Positions 27,280 through 35,404 of a DNA stretch of 64,000 bases are shown here, one piece after another. The position numbers and the translations under genes are program-made. Under the pieces are notes generated by a model. That model saw nothing but the letters and a program-made list of their open reading frames with translations, searched no databases and was not told where the DNA came from. The stretch spans positions 73,845 through 137,844 of the IMG/VR virus record IMGVR_UViG_3300045988_170206. One strand, written 5' to 3'. Position 1 is the stretch's first letter, and every line of letters starts with the position of its first letter. The DNA is from a virus.

Positions 27280-27676
27280 ACCTCTCATCGTCGCGTTCGC
27301 CGCGGCCCTCGTCGCGTCCGCAGCCTTCATGGTTGCCACTGTCGTCCTCATGGGCGACACGGCCTTCAAGCGCAGCGCAGACACCCTCAGCGCCACGCTC
27401 ACAGTCGCACTCATCAGCGCAGTGTTCGCCTCCCCGATCTTCACCCCGGTCACCTACCAGGTGCCCGACGTGATCCACGCCTGGGTGAACTTCGGCCTCG
27501 CAGCCCTCGCACTGCTCCTGATGATGGTCACGGTGTGGAACATGTTCCGCCGATACCCCGACGTGCCCCTCACGATCCACTGGAGCGCATGGGCCATCAA
27601 CGGCATCATCGGCTACGCCCTATGCGGCTTCATCCCCACTATCCACTTCATCCATGCGATCAGCCCGTGGGCCTGA
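27272..27676 (+). CDS. predicted multi-pass membrane protein
   Basis: 134-aa ORF that overlaps the upstream stop. About four hydrophobic helices. Confidence 0.7.
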   Translation: MSEPLIVAFAAALVASAAFMVATVVLMGDTAFKRSADTLSATLTVALISAVFASPIFTPVTYQVPDVIHAWVNFGLAALALLLMMVTVWNMFRRYPDVPLTIHWSAWAINGIIGYALCGFIPTIHFIHAISPWA

Positions 27677-27689
27677 AAGGAACAACAAC

Positions 27690-28394
27690 ATGAACAAGCG
27701 CAAGTGGCTAACAGTTGAACGTGTGTGTGCGATTGTAGGAATCGTCTTCCTCTTGGCCCTCCACATCTGGCTGTACGGTGTCGTGCATTCGTCAGACGGA
27801 GGTAAGTCTGTCAGCAATATGGACACCAGTGCCGTCGCTGACGGAACCCTTAGCGACCTCAACGAGCTCGCCGTCAATGACAACCCCACACCGCCCAAGA
27901 AGTACAACCGGGTGGAGCAGTTCGGCCCCGCTTGGAAGGACGTGGACCATAACGGCTGCGACACGAGGAACGACATCCTCGCCCGCGACCTCAAAACCAT
28001 CAGCGACCGACGTAACGCCTGCGTCATTACCGCCGGCCAACTCGCAGACCCCTACTCGGGTAAGTGGATCGACTTCCGCAAGAAGGAAGCCTCAAAGGTC
28101 CAGATCGACCATGTTGTCGCCCTCGAGAACGCCTGGCAGTCCGGCGCGTACAACCTCACCCAGGAAGATCGTGAAGCCCTCGCCAACGACCCCGACAACC
28201 TCCTAGCCGTCAACGGCCACGACAACATGGCCAAGGGCTCCAAGAGCGCAGACCAATGGATGCCACCCAACACCGCATACGCCTGCACCTACGCCTCTAA
28301 ACAGGTCCAGATCAAGAACCGCTACGCTCTCACAGTGACCACACCGGAAAAGCAGGCCCTCGCCGACGCACTGGCAACCTGCACCACCAACTAG
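27690..28394 (+). CDS. membrane-anchored/secreted DUF1524-type HNH (His-Me finger) nuclease
   Basis: ATG at 27690 with an AAAGGAAC RBS. N-terminal TM anchor. The motif DHNGCDTRNDIL...QIDHVVALENAWQSGA...ANDPDNLLAVNGHDNMAKGSKSADQWMP is characteristic of DUF1524/GmrSD-C-like extracellular nucleases. Confidence 0.8.
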   Translation: MNKRKWLTVERVCAIVGIVFLLALHIWLYGVVHSSDGGKSVSNMDTSAVADGTLSDLNELAVNDNPTPPKKYNRVEQFGPAWKDVDHNGCDTRNDILARDLKTISDRRNACVITAGQLADPYSGKWIDFRKKEASKVQIDHVVALENAWQSGAYNLTQEDREALANDPDNLLAVNGHDNMAKGSKSADQWMPPNTAYACTYASKQVQIKNRYALTVTTPEKQALADALATCTTN

Positions 28395-28407
28395 AAAGGC
28401 CATCCCA

Positions 28408-28929
28408 ATGGCATCATTCACGACAGCACAGAAGCGCAAAGTGATCCAGAGACATTACCCCACTGCCAACAACATCGCCGTGAAGGGCAACGTCTTCTTC
28501 GCCGCCTTCCCCGACGCGGAGCCCATCATCGGCTGGCTCCATTCCCCGCGTGAAACCCTGTGGATCCAGGCAGTCGTCCCCGTGAGTACCTGCACCGCCC
28601 TACGCACAGTGCCTCCGCTCTGGTTCATCGAAGCGGCCCAACCCTACATGCGGGGCGACGAGCGAAAGGAGTGGTACCTCTACACACTCCGAGCGGCTCA
28701 GCAAACATTCCCATCGGGGGATTACATGCGCTGGATCACTCTCAATGAGGGACATCCGCTCAGAAAGGCGTTTGGCGACTATTGCGCCTTCGACATCGAA
28801 GGCAAGGAGACAGAGTTCCGCATCAAGAACGCCGAGTTGGAGACGGTCAGGACCATTAAGAAGGCCGACCTCCTCTACGTGCTCACGGATGAGCCAGGTA
28901 GCCTCTTCTACGAAGTAACACCTTTCTGA
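28408..28929 (+). CDS. hypothetical protein, tandem paralog family C, copy 1
   Basis: Shares VPP.WF...A and (N/K/D)xHP(L/F) blocks and overall length with the next two genes. Confidence 0.75.
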   Translation: MASFTTAQKRKVIQRHYPTANNIAVKGNVFFAAFPDAEPIIGWLHSPRETLWIQAVVPVSTCTALRTVPPLWFIEAAQPYMRGDERKEWYLYTLRAAQQTFPSGDYMRWITLNEGHPLRKAFGDYCAFDIEGKETEFRIKNAELETVRTIKKADLLYVLTDEPGSLFYEVTPF

Positions 28930-28934
28930 CGATC

Positions 28935-29438
28935 ATGGCTTTCACAACAAAGGAAGTGCGCCCCGTCTTCGAGGCTAAAATGGGGCCAACTCGCAGGTTC
29001 GTCGTTAAAGGCGACCTAGCGTTCGCTGTCCTCGACTCGGGTAAGCCCGTGCTCGGGTTCGTCAATTTCTACGGTGGCAGGATTCGCGTAGAGTCATGCG
29101 TGACTCTCAACAGCGGTCCTGTTCCTCTGAGCGTCGTGCCACCCCAGTGGTTTGCGAACGCAGCAAACAAGTTCATCCCTCACCTGGAAATGCGCACACA
29201 GCGGGACTACTGGACTACGCTCGTCGCAGCCAGCAAAGCCCTTGGCGGCAACTATGGACACATTCACCTCGCCAAGCAGCACCCATTTGCGCAGCACACA
29301 GGAGCCGTAGTCCTCATTGTGGGGGAAAAGAGAGTGGAGGGTACAAACCAACAGGGGGAGCCGGTAGGATCCTGGACAAAGCTAGGCATCATGCAGGCCC
29401 TCACCGCCAAGCCCGGACCAATCAACTCCTGGTCCTAA
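28935..29438 (+). CDS. hypothetical protein, tandem paralog family C, copy 2
   Basis: VVPPQWFANAANKF... and LAKQHPF blocks. Confidence 0.75.
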   Translation: MAFTTKEVRPVFEAKMGPTRRFVVKGDLAFAVLDSGKPVLGFVNFYGGRIRVESCVTLNSGPVPLSVVPPQWFANAANKFIPHLEMRTQRDYWTTLVAASKALGGNYGHIHLAKQHPFAQHTGAVVLIVGEKRVEGTNQQGEPVGSWTKLGIMQALTAKPGPINSWS

Positions 29439-29465
29439 TTGCAGCCACATCGGAAGGACTGAAAC

Positions 29466-29996
29466 ATGCCTTTTACGCCAAGGGACGAAGGCTACGCGCC
29501 TCCACATCTCCCGACTATCAAACGCGAAGTTAATAAGTTGATGGATGGCGTGAAGCGAGTCGGAGCGAAACAGACAAACGTATTCGTTAGCGCCACATCA
29601 GGCTACCTAATCGGCCACATCACTAGGGGAGCGTGGGTGGGGATGCTTACCCCTGTGGAACGATGCCCCGCAATGGATGTAGTTCCCCCTAAGTGGTTTG
29701 CTCGCAGCGTCGAAAAGGCCCTACGGGCAGGCACGCCGCAACAGGTCGCCTATGGGCATACCCTTCTCGTACTGGCTGAAGCTACATACCAGGGGAGCGG
29801 GTGCATTACCCTCTCCGACAATCATCCACTAGCTGTTGGAGCTGACGGTCAGCCAGCAATCGCACAGTTCTGCCTAGATTACGGAACAGCGCGGGCATAT
29901 GATCGCTACGGCAACATCGTCGGACGACCAATCGGGAAGAACCGACTAGCACAGATCCTCACTGCAAACCTGGGTGAGATCGCATTCATGGAATGA
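29466..29996 (+). CDS. hypothetical protein, tandem paralog family C, copy 3
   Basis: VVPPKWFARSVEKA... and LSDNHPL blocks. Confidence 0.75.
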   Translation: MPFTPRDEGYAPPHLPTIKREVNKLMDGVKRVGAKQTNVFVSATSGYLIGHITRGAWVGMLTPVERCPAMDVVPPKWFARSVEKALRAGTPQQVAYGHTLLVLAEATYQGSGCITLSDNHPLAVGADGQPAIAQFCLDYGTARAYDRYGNIVGRPIGKNRLAQILTANLGEIAFME

Positions 29997-30027
29997 AGCC
30001 TGAATACCCCCTCATTCTCATCATGAG

Positions 30028-30062
30028 CGGCACCTCCCCTCTGAACACATCAAGGGAGGTGC
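30028..30062 (+). terminator. 10-bp GC-rich hairpin after the paralog triplet
   Basis: GGCACCTCCC (30028-30037) pairs with GGGAGGTGCC (30053-30062). No T tract. Confidence 0.4.
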
Positions 30063-30110
30063 CGTCCCATGTCGCCACATACAAGGAATCAACTGAAAGG
30101 AACAGTAATC

Positions 30111-30374
30111 ATGACACCAAAACGAAAGCGCCCCACCGACCTCACCCGCGACACGGTCCACGCGCAGAGAGACCTCGCTCGCGTCCTGCGCGCCTGGGCT
30201 GACGACCTCGAGAAGGGAGGTGCAGACATGGATGCGCTCGCCCGACGTGGGGAGCTTGCTGCGTGGGCTCAGAGGCGCGCTGAGCGTCAGATGCGACATG
30301 TGGGTGCGTCGTTTGAGCGCGTGATCGCGTGCGCGTCTTCGGCTGATCGTCGAGGCGTTACTGGTGGCCGGTGA
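30111..30374 (+). CDS. hypothetical small basic protein
   Basis: ATG at 30111 with a GAAAGGAAC RBS. Confidence 0.55.
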   Translation: MTPKRKRPTDLTRDTVHAQRDLARVLRAWADDLEKGGADMDALARRGELAAWAQRRAERQMRHVGASFERVIACASSADRRGVTGGR

Positions 30375-30440
30375 GGCTACGACGCGGAGGCCCTGGGGCT
30401 GCTGGTTGGTGGTTCCGGGGTTTTTCTCAACCCTAAACCG

Positions 30441-30460
30441 CCTGTGATCTACTTAACCAA
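30441..30460 (+). promoter_or_regulatory. conserved intergenic motif CCTGTGATCTACTTAACC (copy B)
   Basis: Part of a ~44-nt block (30417-30460) nearly identical to 61771-61812. Follows a terminator-like hairpin with a T5 tract. Confidence 0.6.
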
Positions 30461-30547
30461 TTAGGTGGATGTTAGCGCTTGCGGGCAAACTAACCCACAA
30501 GCTACGATCAAACCCATAACCCAGTCACACGAGAAGGAGACACCCTC

Positions 30548-31363
30548 ATGACCACCAACACCGCCATCGACTACACTAAGCTCGCCGACACTGCGGCCAA
30601 GACCTACACGACCTCCCGAGATGCGCGCTCCCGCGCCGTCGCCAACCTCGCCGTCGTAGACAGTGACCGACGCGGCTACCAGGACATCATCACCGCCGAC
30701 GGACACATCGACGTGCCCCTATTCGCCGCCTGGTTCACCCAGGACGAAAAAGACGAAATCGCTCAGCGAGCGTCCGCCTACTACCTGGCCGCCAACAAGT
30801 TCGAGGAGTACACGCGGGGCACCATGCGCTACTTCGAGGACGCGATGGTCGCCAGCACCACCCTCGCGCTCACCACCGAGGTCCACCGCCTCGTCCACCA
30901 GGACAGCGACATGGGTGCCCTCCTGCGCGAACTACGCGACAGCGAAGAGGGGCAGGAACTCGCTGTCTATCCCGACTTCTCTAAGATGTTCGCGTTTGTC
31001 GCCAATTTCGAGTGCCGCGCCAACAGCGCCAAGGACGCTCTTCTCGATAGCGCATCTGACACCCTCCGCAAGGCAATGGCACCCTACAACGGGGACGCTG
31101 TGACGCTCATGCTCATCCGCTTCTTCAGGAGAGACACAGACGAGCACGGAAACCTCGTCTACGACAACCACTACTTTAACCTCCGCAACCTCCCCACACT
31201 GCACGATGTTGAAGTCAACAACAACATGCGCGCGACCGAATCCAAGCTCTGCACATACGACATCGAACTCACCAGAGGCAACTACGTGGAAGCGCGCGAC
31301 CGTCTCAGCAAGGCTATCTCGCGCGCCGCCAAGAACATGCAGGAACGCATCAAGAATGCGTGA
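30548..31363 (+). CDS. hypothetical protein
   Basis: 271-aa ORF with a GAAGGAGA RBS. Confidence 0.8.
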   Translation: MTTNTAIDYTKLADTAAKTYTTSRDARSRAVANLAVVDSDRRGYQDIITADGHIDVPLFAAWFTQDEKDEIAQRASAYYLAANKFEEYTRGTMRYFEDAMVASTTLALTTEVHRLVHQDSDMGALLRELRDSEEGQELAVYPDFSKMFAFVANFECRANSAKDALLDSASDTLRKAMAPYNGDAVTLMLIRFFRRDTDEHGNLVYDNHYFNLRNLPTLHDVEVNNNMRATESKLCTYDIELTRGNYVEARDRLSKAISRAAKNMQERIKNA

Positions 31364-31418
31364 AACAGCCTGTGCGACTAAAAGCAGACGGACACGCAGA
31401 AAGAAAGGACAAGACACC

Positions 31419-31778
31419 ATGACCGCCATCACCGCCACCCCCGCCCGCACCCGCCTCACCGACCCCCAGACAAGCTGGGACGCGGCCCTCGCAGTGAACG
31501 CTACGAAGTCGCAGCTCCTCTTCGCAGAACTCAAGACCATTGAAAAGGAAGAATGGATCAGTGAAGAGCTGACCGACGAAGCGTTCTTCACTCGCCTCAC
31601 CCCATCCCGCGCTCGGACCATCGTGTCCGACTGGAAGAAGCGGGGATACGTCGAAGCCCTGCCCAAGCGCGCCCCGACCTCTACCGGGCGCACCGCCCAG
31701 CTCCACCAGCTCACCCCCAAGGGACGCGAGCTCGTCGCAGTCCTCCGTGAGATCAACCGAAAGGCCAACCAGCAGTGA
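31419..31778 (+). CDS. winged-helix (MarR-like) DNA-binding protein
   Basis: ATG at 31419. SDWKKRGYVEALPKRAPTSTGRTAQLHQLTPKGRELV looks like a wing plus recognition-helix pattern. Confidence 0.6.
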   Translation: MTAITATPARTRLTDPQTSWDAALAVNATKSQLLFAELKTIEKEEWISEELTDEAFFTRLTPSRARTIVSDWKKRGYVEALPKRAPTSTGRTAQLHQLTPKGRELVAVLREINRKANQQ

Positions 31779-31993
31779 CAGAAGACCCATCCCCACCCAC
31801 AAGCCCATCAGTGGCGGAAACACTAGCCCGCCTACAGCTCACACTTAAAGCGCGCCAGACCAGCGTTGCTCATGCTCTCGTCACGAGGGCACGTATCAAC
31901 GCCCGAAACTATCCGTCGGAGGCGACACTGCCTCCACGAATCTCTCGCAAGAAAGGCAAAGACAAACACAATGGCAGCGAAGAAGGAAGTTAA
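31775..31993 (+). CDS. possible small protein (weak)
   Basis: GTG start overlapping the upstream stop. Low-complexity sequence. Confidence 0.35.
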   Translation: MTEDPSPPTSPSVAETLARLQLTLKARQTSVAHALVTRARINARNYPSEATLPPRISRKKGKDKHNGSEEGS

Positions 31994-32525
31994 AGTCCTC
32001 CGCAAGTCAAAGAAGTGGGATGACCTCGCCCCGCGCATCATGGCTTACGCCAAGCTCCTCAAGGACAGGGTGAAGAACGCCGAGGGCCCCGTCAAGACGT
32101 ACATTCTCGAAAACCTGGACGAGCGGTTCCCGGCAGTCGCACAGAAGGGCGGCTACAAGATTGATGCCGATGTCCACGGTGACTCCGGCACGCTCTCCTA
32201 CCGCAAGCCCTCTCGCAAGCCGGGAACCGGCCTCAAGATCGTGGATGCCCTCGCATTCATGGCTTGGTGCGAGGAGAACGGTATCGAGCACAACGCTCAG
32301 CCGACCGTCACGTTCCCCGAGGAGTTCGTGACTCAGGAGAACCTAGCCAAGCTCATCGAACAGGCCGGTGGCGTGATGCCTGACGGCATGGATGACGACA
32401 CCACGCTCAACGCAGCGACCCTCACGGTTCGCATGAGTGAAGAACAGGCCAAGCACCTCGTGGACGATAAGCTCACCGTCCGCAAGCTCCTCGAGATGCT
32501 GGAACTCAAGGAAGACCTCGCCTGA
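31971..32525 (+). CDS. hypothetical protein immediately upstream of recT (possible recombination accessory)
   Basis: ATG at 31971. 184 aa. No family recognised by eye. Confidence 0.7.
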   Translation: MAAKKEVKVLRKSKKWDDLAPRIMAYAKLLKDRVKNAEGPVKTYILENLDERFPAVAQKGGYKIDADVHGDSGTLSYRKPSRKPGTGLKIVDALAFMAWCEENGIEHNAQPTVTFPEEFVTQENLAKLIEQAGGVMPDGMDDDTTLNAATLTVRMSEEQAKHLVDDKLTVRKLLEMLELKEDLA

Positions 32526-32557
32526 CACCCCTCAACATGTAGAGAAAGGTTACCTAC

Positions 32558-34228
32558 ATGACCCCCAAGGCAAACGACGCGCAGCCTGTCGCCAAGAAGG
32601 CTGCATCCAAGACCCGCACGACCAAGGCCACTGAGAAGGCTGAGGAAACCACCGTCGTCTCGTATGAGATGCCCGGCTACAAGGCGCTCAGTGAGGAGGA
32701 AATGCGCCGCGACTTGGCCGAAGCTGGCATCTACGCCCAGGCGCACGCGCTCGTGCCTTATCAGATGCGAGGAAATACGGGTGACATGTATCTGCTCATG
32801 CAGATCGCCAAGCACCTGAACATCCCCCTCATCACCGCCCTGCGTGGCCTGTCGTTCATCGGCGACAAGGACGTGAAGCCTGCAATGACGGCGCAGCTCA
32901 TGTCCGCGCTCGTCCGCAACGCAGGCCACACGCTCCGCGAACAGTGGGACGCAGAAACCAACACGGCCACCGCCACCCTCATCCGCAAGGACGACCCCTC
33001 GTTCGAGCACGTCGCCGTTTGGGACGAGGAGAAGGCCCGCGTCGCTGGCCTATGGGAATCGACCCCCACGTGGGTCCAGTACCCGAAGGCCATGCTCACC
33101 GCCCGCGCCATGAGCGAGGTGTGCCGCCATGCGGCCTCCGAAGTGCTCCTGGGGTTCAGCTACGTGCCCGAAGAGTTCCAGACCGCTGAGTCGGCCTCGC
33201 GTGTCCTGGATATGCGTGAGCAGGTGAAGCACGACATGACCCGACTGAACCTGTCGAACGAGAAGGTCGCCGAAGTCCTCGACGGCGTGACCCTCCCCGG
33301 TATTCCCATCGCCCTCATGACTCCGCGAGAGCTGGAGGAAATCAACGCCCGTATCGGCGTGATCGAGTACGAGCGCGACAAGGACAAGATCGACGAGGTG
33401 CGTGAGCGCATCCAGAAGGGCCGTGACAAGCTGAACCTGAGCGAAGGCGCGTTCGCTGAGATCGTGCGCCGCAACGTGCGCCCCGGCAGGGGATACGACA
33501 CTATGAACTTGCGTGAGGCTGAGCAGGTGCTTGACGTGCTCCTGCGCCAGGCGAAGAAGTCGGGTATCCGTTCCGGCCAGCGTCAGGCTCAGCCTGCCCC
33601 GCAGGCCCATGCTCCGCAGCCGCCCGCGCCTCAGCAGCAGGCTCCCGCGCAGCCTTACCAGAGCCCGCAGCAGCCTCACCCGCAGGCACAGCAGGGATAC
33701 ACCCAGCACATGCCCACACAGCCCCAGCAGGCCCCCCAGCAGCGCCCAGAACCGGCCAGCCAGCCCCAACCAGCCCCGGCCCCCACGCAGGAGTCCTACG
33801 GCCTCTACGACGAGTCTCAGCGCCCCGAACAGTACCCGCCGCTCGGCTCCCAGAATCCGCAGGGCACCTCTGGCCCCATGGCGATGATCCAGCGCACCAT
33901 GAAGGAGCAGGGTGTCCCCATGGATGAACTGCCCATCGTCCTCTCCTACATCTTCGGCGAAGATAAGCGTGCAGATGTGGATAACGTGGATGCGCTGACC
34001 ATGAATGACATGACCACCGTCCTCGACGGTATCCAGCGTTACGCAGCGGAATCCGGGCCCCTCTCGGAACCCACCGCTGAACTCCCCTTTGACGGCGATG
34101 CGCCCGCCGACAACATGGAGGATCTGGAAGAGTCCTACAGCGAGAACGGGGGCGAGGTGAACGATGACCCTGAAACGTGGAACGAAGGCTGGCCGGAAAC
34201 GGCAAAGCCCGGCGGCGGCGCGAACTAG
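32558..34228 (+). CDS. recT: RecT-family single-strand annealing protein with a long Q/P-rich C-terminal extension
   Basis: Core sequence ...LMQIAKHLNIPLITALRGLSFI...WDEEKARVAGLW...WVQYPKAMLTARAMSEVCRHAASEVLLGFSYVPEE is typical RecT. About 200 aa of Q/P/A-rich and acidic tail follow. Confidence 0.9.
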   Translation: MTPKANDAQPVAKKAASKTRTTKATEKAEETTVVSYEMPGYKALSEEEMRRDLAEAGIYAQAHALVPYQMRGNTGDMYLLMQIAKHLNIPLITALRGLSFIGDKDVKPAMTAQLMSALVRNAGHTLREQWDAETNTATATLIRKDDPSFEHVAVWDEEKARVAGLWESTPTWVQYPKAMLTARAMSEVCRHAASEVLLGFSYVPEEFQTAESASRVLDMREQVKHDMTRLNLSNEKVAEVLDGVTLPGIPIALMTPRELEEINARIGVIEYERDKDKIDEVRERIQKGRDKLNLSEGAFAEIVRRNVRPGRGYDTMNLREAEQVLDVLLRQAKKSGIRSGQRQAQPAPQAHAPQPPAPQQQAPAQPYQSPQQPHPQAQQGYTQHMPTQPQQAPQQRPEPASQPQPAPAPTQESYGLYDESQRPEQYPPLGSQNPQGTSGPMAMIQRTMKEQGVPMDELPIVLSYIFGEDKRADVDNVDALTMNDMTTVLDGIQRYAAESGPLSEPTAELPFDGDAPADNMEDLEESYSENGGEVNDDPETWNEGWPETAKPGGGAN

Positions 34229-34574
34229 CACCGGCCCCACCCAGCAAACCCGCGAACTCATCTACGGGCGCGACATGTGGCGGTGCGCCCGATGCGGAAA
34301 GGATGTCACCTACATCCAATCCAGCATCCAGCACCGCAAAGCCCGCGGCATGGGCGGCACAAACGACCCGTCGATCAACAGCCCCGCTAACCTCATCGTC
34401 CTATGCGGTTCCGGCACCACGGGATGCCACGGCCACGTCGAGGTGAACAGGCGCGAAGCCCGTAACTACGGGTGGGCGGTCTCCCAATACGCAGACCCCC
34501 ACGACGTGCCCGTCCACTACAAGGACGGCCTGTTCATCCTCGACGACACCGGCCACCGAATCCCCACCACATAA
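34164..34574 (+). CDS. HNH endonuclease
   Basis: RELIYGRDMWRCARCG...IQHRKARGMGG...NLIVLCGSGTTGCHGHV. The start at 34164 overlaps the recT end by 65 nt. The alternative ATG at 34276 would remove conserved N-terminal residues. Confidence 0.8.
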   Translation: MTLKRGTKAGRKRQSPAAARTSTGPTQQTRELIYGRDMWRCARCGKDVTYIQSSIQHRKARGMGGTNDPSINSPANLIVLCGSGTTGCHGHVEVNRREARNYGWAVSQYADPHDVPVHYKDGLFILDDTGHRIPTT

Positions 34575-34610
34575 CCACACACGCGACCACCACCTGAAAG
34601 GGGTGAACTC

Positions 34611-34919
34611 ATGTCCAAGCGACTCTACGTCGCCCTACCTCGCGACTACACGCACGAGAACTCCTGTGCAGACGGGGATACGCGCATCGCTTTTCTTTAC
34701 CTTGAACTCCTCGGCTATGAACTGGTCAAACCAGCGGATAGCGACACGAATGGAGCGGATCCCCTGCGCATGTTGTTGCAGTGCGATGGCGTTCTCATCA
34801 TGCCCGGCTGGGACACCGATCCCATGAGCGCTCACGCCGCCACTATCGCCCAATACCACGGTATCCCCGTGGGCTCATACGACCACTGGTCCGCTCACCC
34901 CGTAGAAGAGGGTCAGTGA
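34611..34919 (+). CDS. DUF4406-like (nucleoside deoxyribosyltransferase-fold) small protein
   Basis: LLQCDGVLIMPGWDTDPMSAHAATIAQYHGIPV resembles the DUF4406 C-terminal motif. GAAAGGGG RBS. Confidence 0.5.
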   Translation: MSKRLYVALPRDYTHENSCADGDTRIAFLYLELLGYELVKPADSDTNGADPLRMLLQCDGVLIMPGWDTDPMSAHAATIAQYHGIPVGSYDHWSAHPVEEGQ

Positions 34920-35404
34920 TGAGCTTCAACGACCAGGACAACGGAGCGCTCAGCTCTCTCGTCATGCCCGAAGCGTGGACCGAGAGGGGCGCGTGCGCGC
35001 GAGCCCTCAACCCTGACGCTTGGTTCCCCGAGCGCGGAATCAGCGATAACCGCGAAACCGCCCTCGCCCTGAGAGTGTGCGCCGACTGCCCCGTCAAGGA
35101 TCTGTGCCTCAAGGAAGCGCTCGCTCAGGGCCCCTCCTGCGAGGGAATCTGGGGCGGCACCACGCACGCCGAGCGTCGCAAGATGCTCCGCATGGGCTGC
35201 ACAACCCTCGAGGAGTACAAGGCCCTCACTGAGCCGAAGACCGAGGAACCCGCCCAGGCCCCCGCCCAGCCCGAGCAGGACACGCCCACCGTTGAACCTG
35301 CCGCCCCCGTGAAGGACAAGACCACAACCTTCCCCGACATCCTCTCGGAGGTGATGCAACTGCCTGGGAACTACACAATCGGAAGCCTGTTCTCGGGCTA
35401 TTAA
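34919..35404 (+). CDS. whiB: WhiB-family Fe-S transcription factor; the ORF continues in frame into the start of the methyltransferase
   Basis: Four Cys residues (C..C..C.....C) and the GIWGG turn: GACARA...VCADCPVKDLCLKEAL...EGIWGGTTHAERRKM. There is no stop until TAA at 35402-35404, inside MTase motif I. Confidence 0.85.
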   Translation: MSFNDQDNGALSSLVMPEAWTERGACARALNPDAWFPERGISDNRETALALRVCADCPVKDLCLKEALAQGPSCEGIWGGTTHAERRKMLRMGCTTLEEYKALTEPKTEEPAQAPAQPEQDTPTVEPAAPVKDKTTTFPDILSEVMQLPGNYTIGSLFSGY

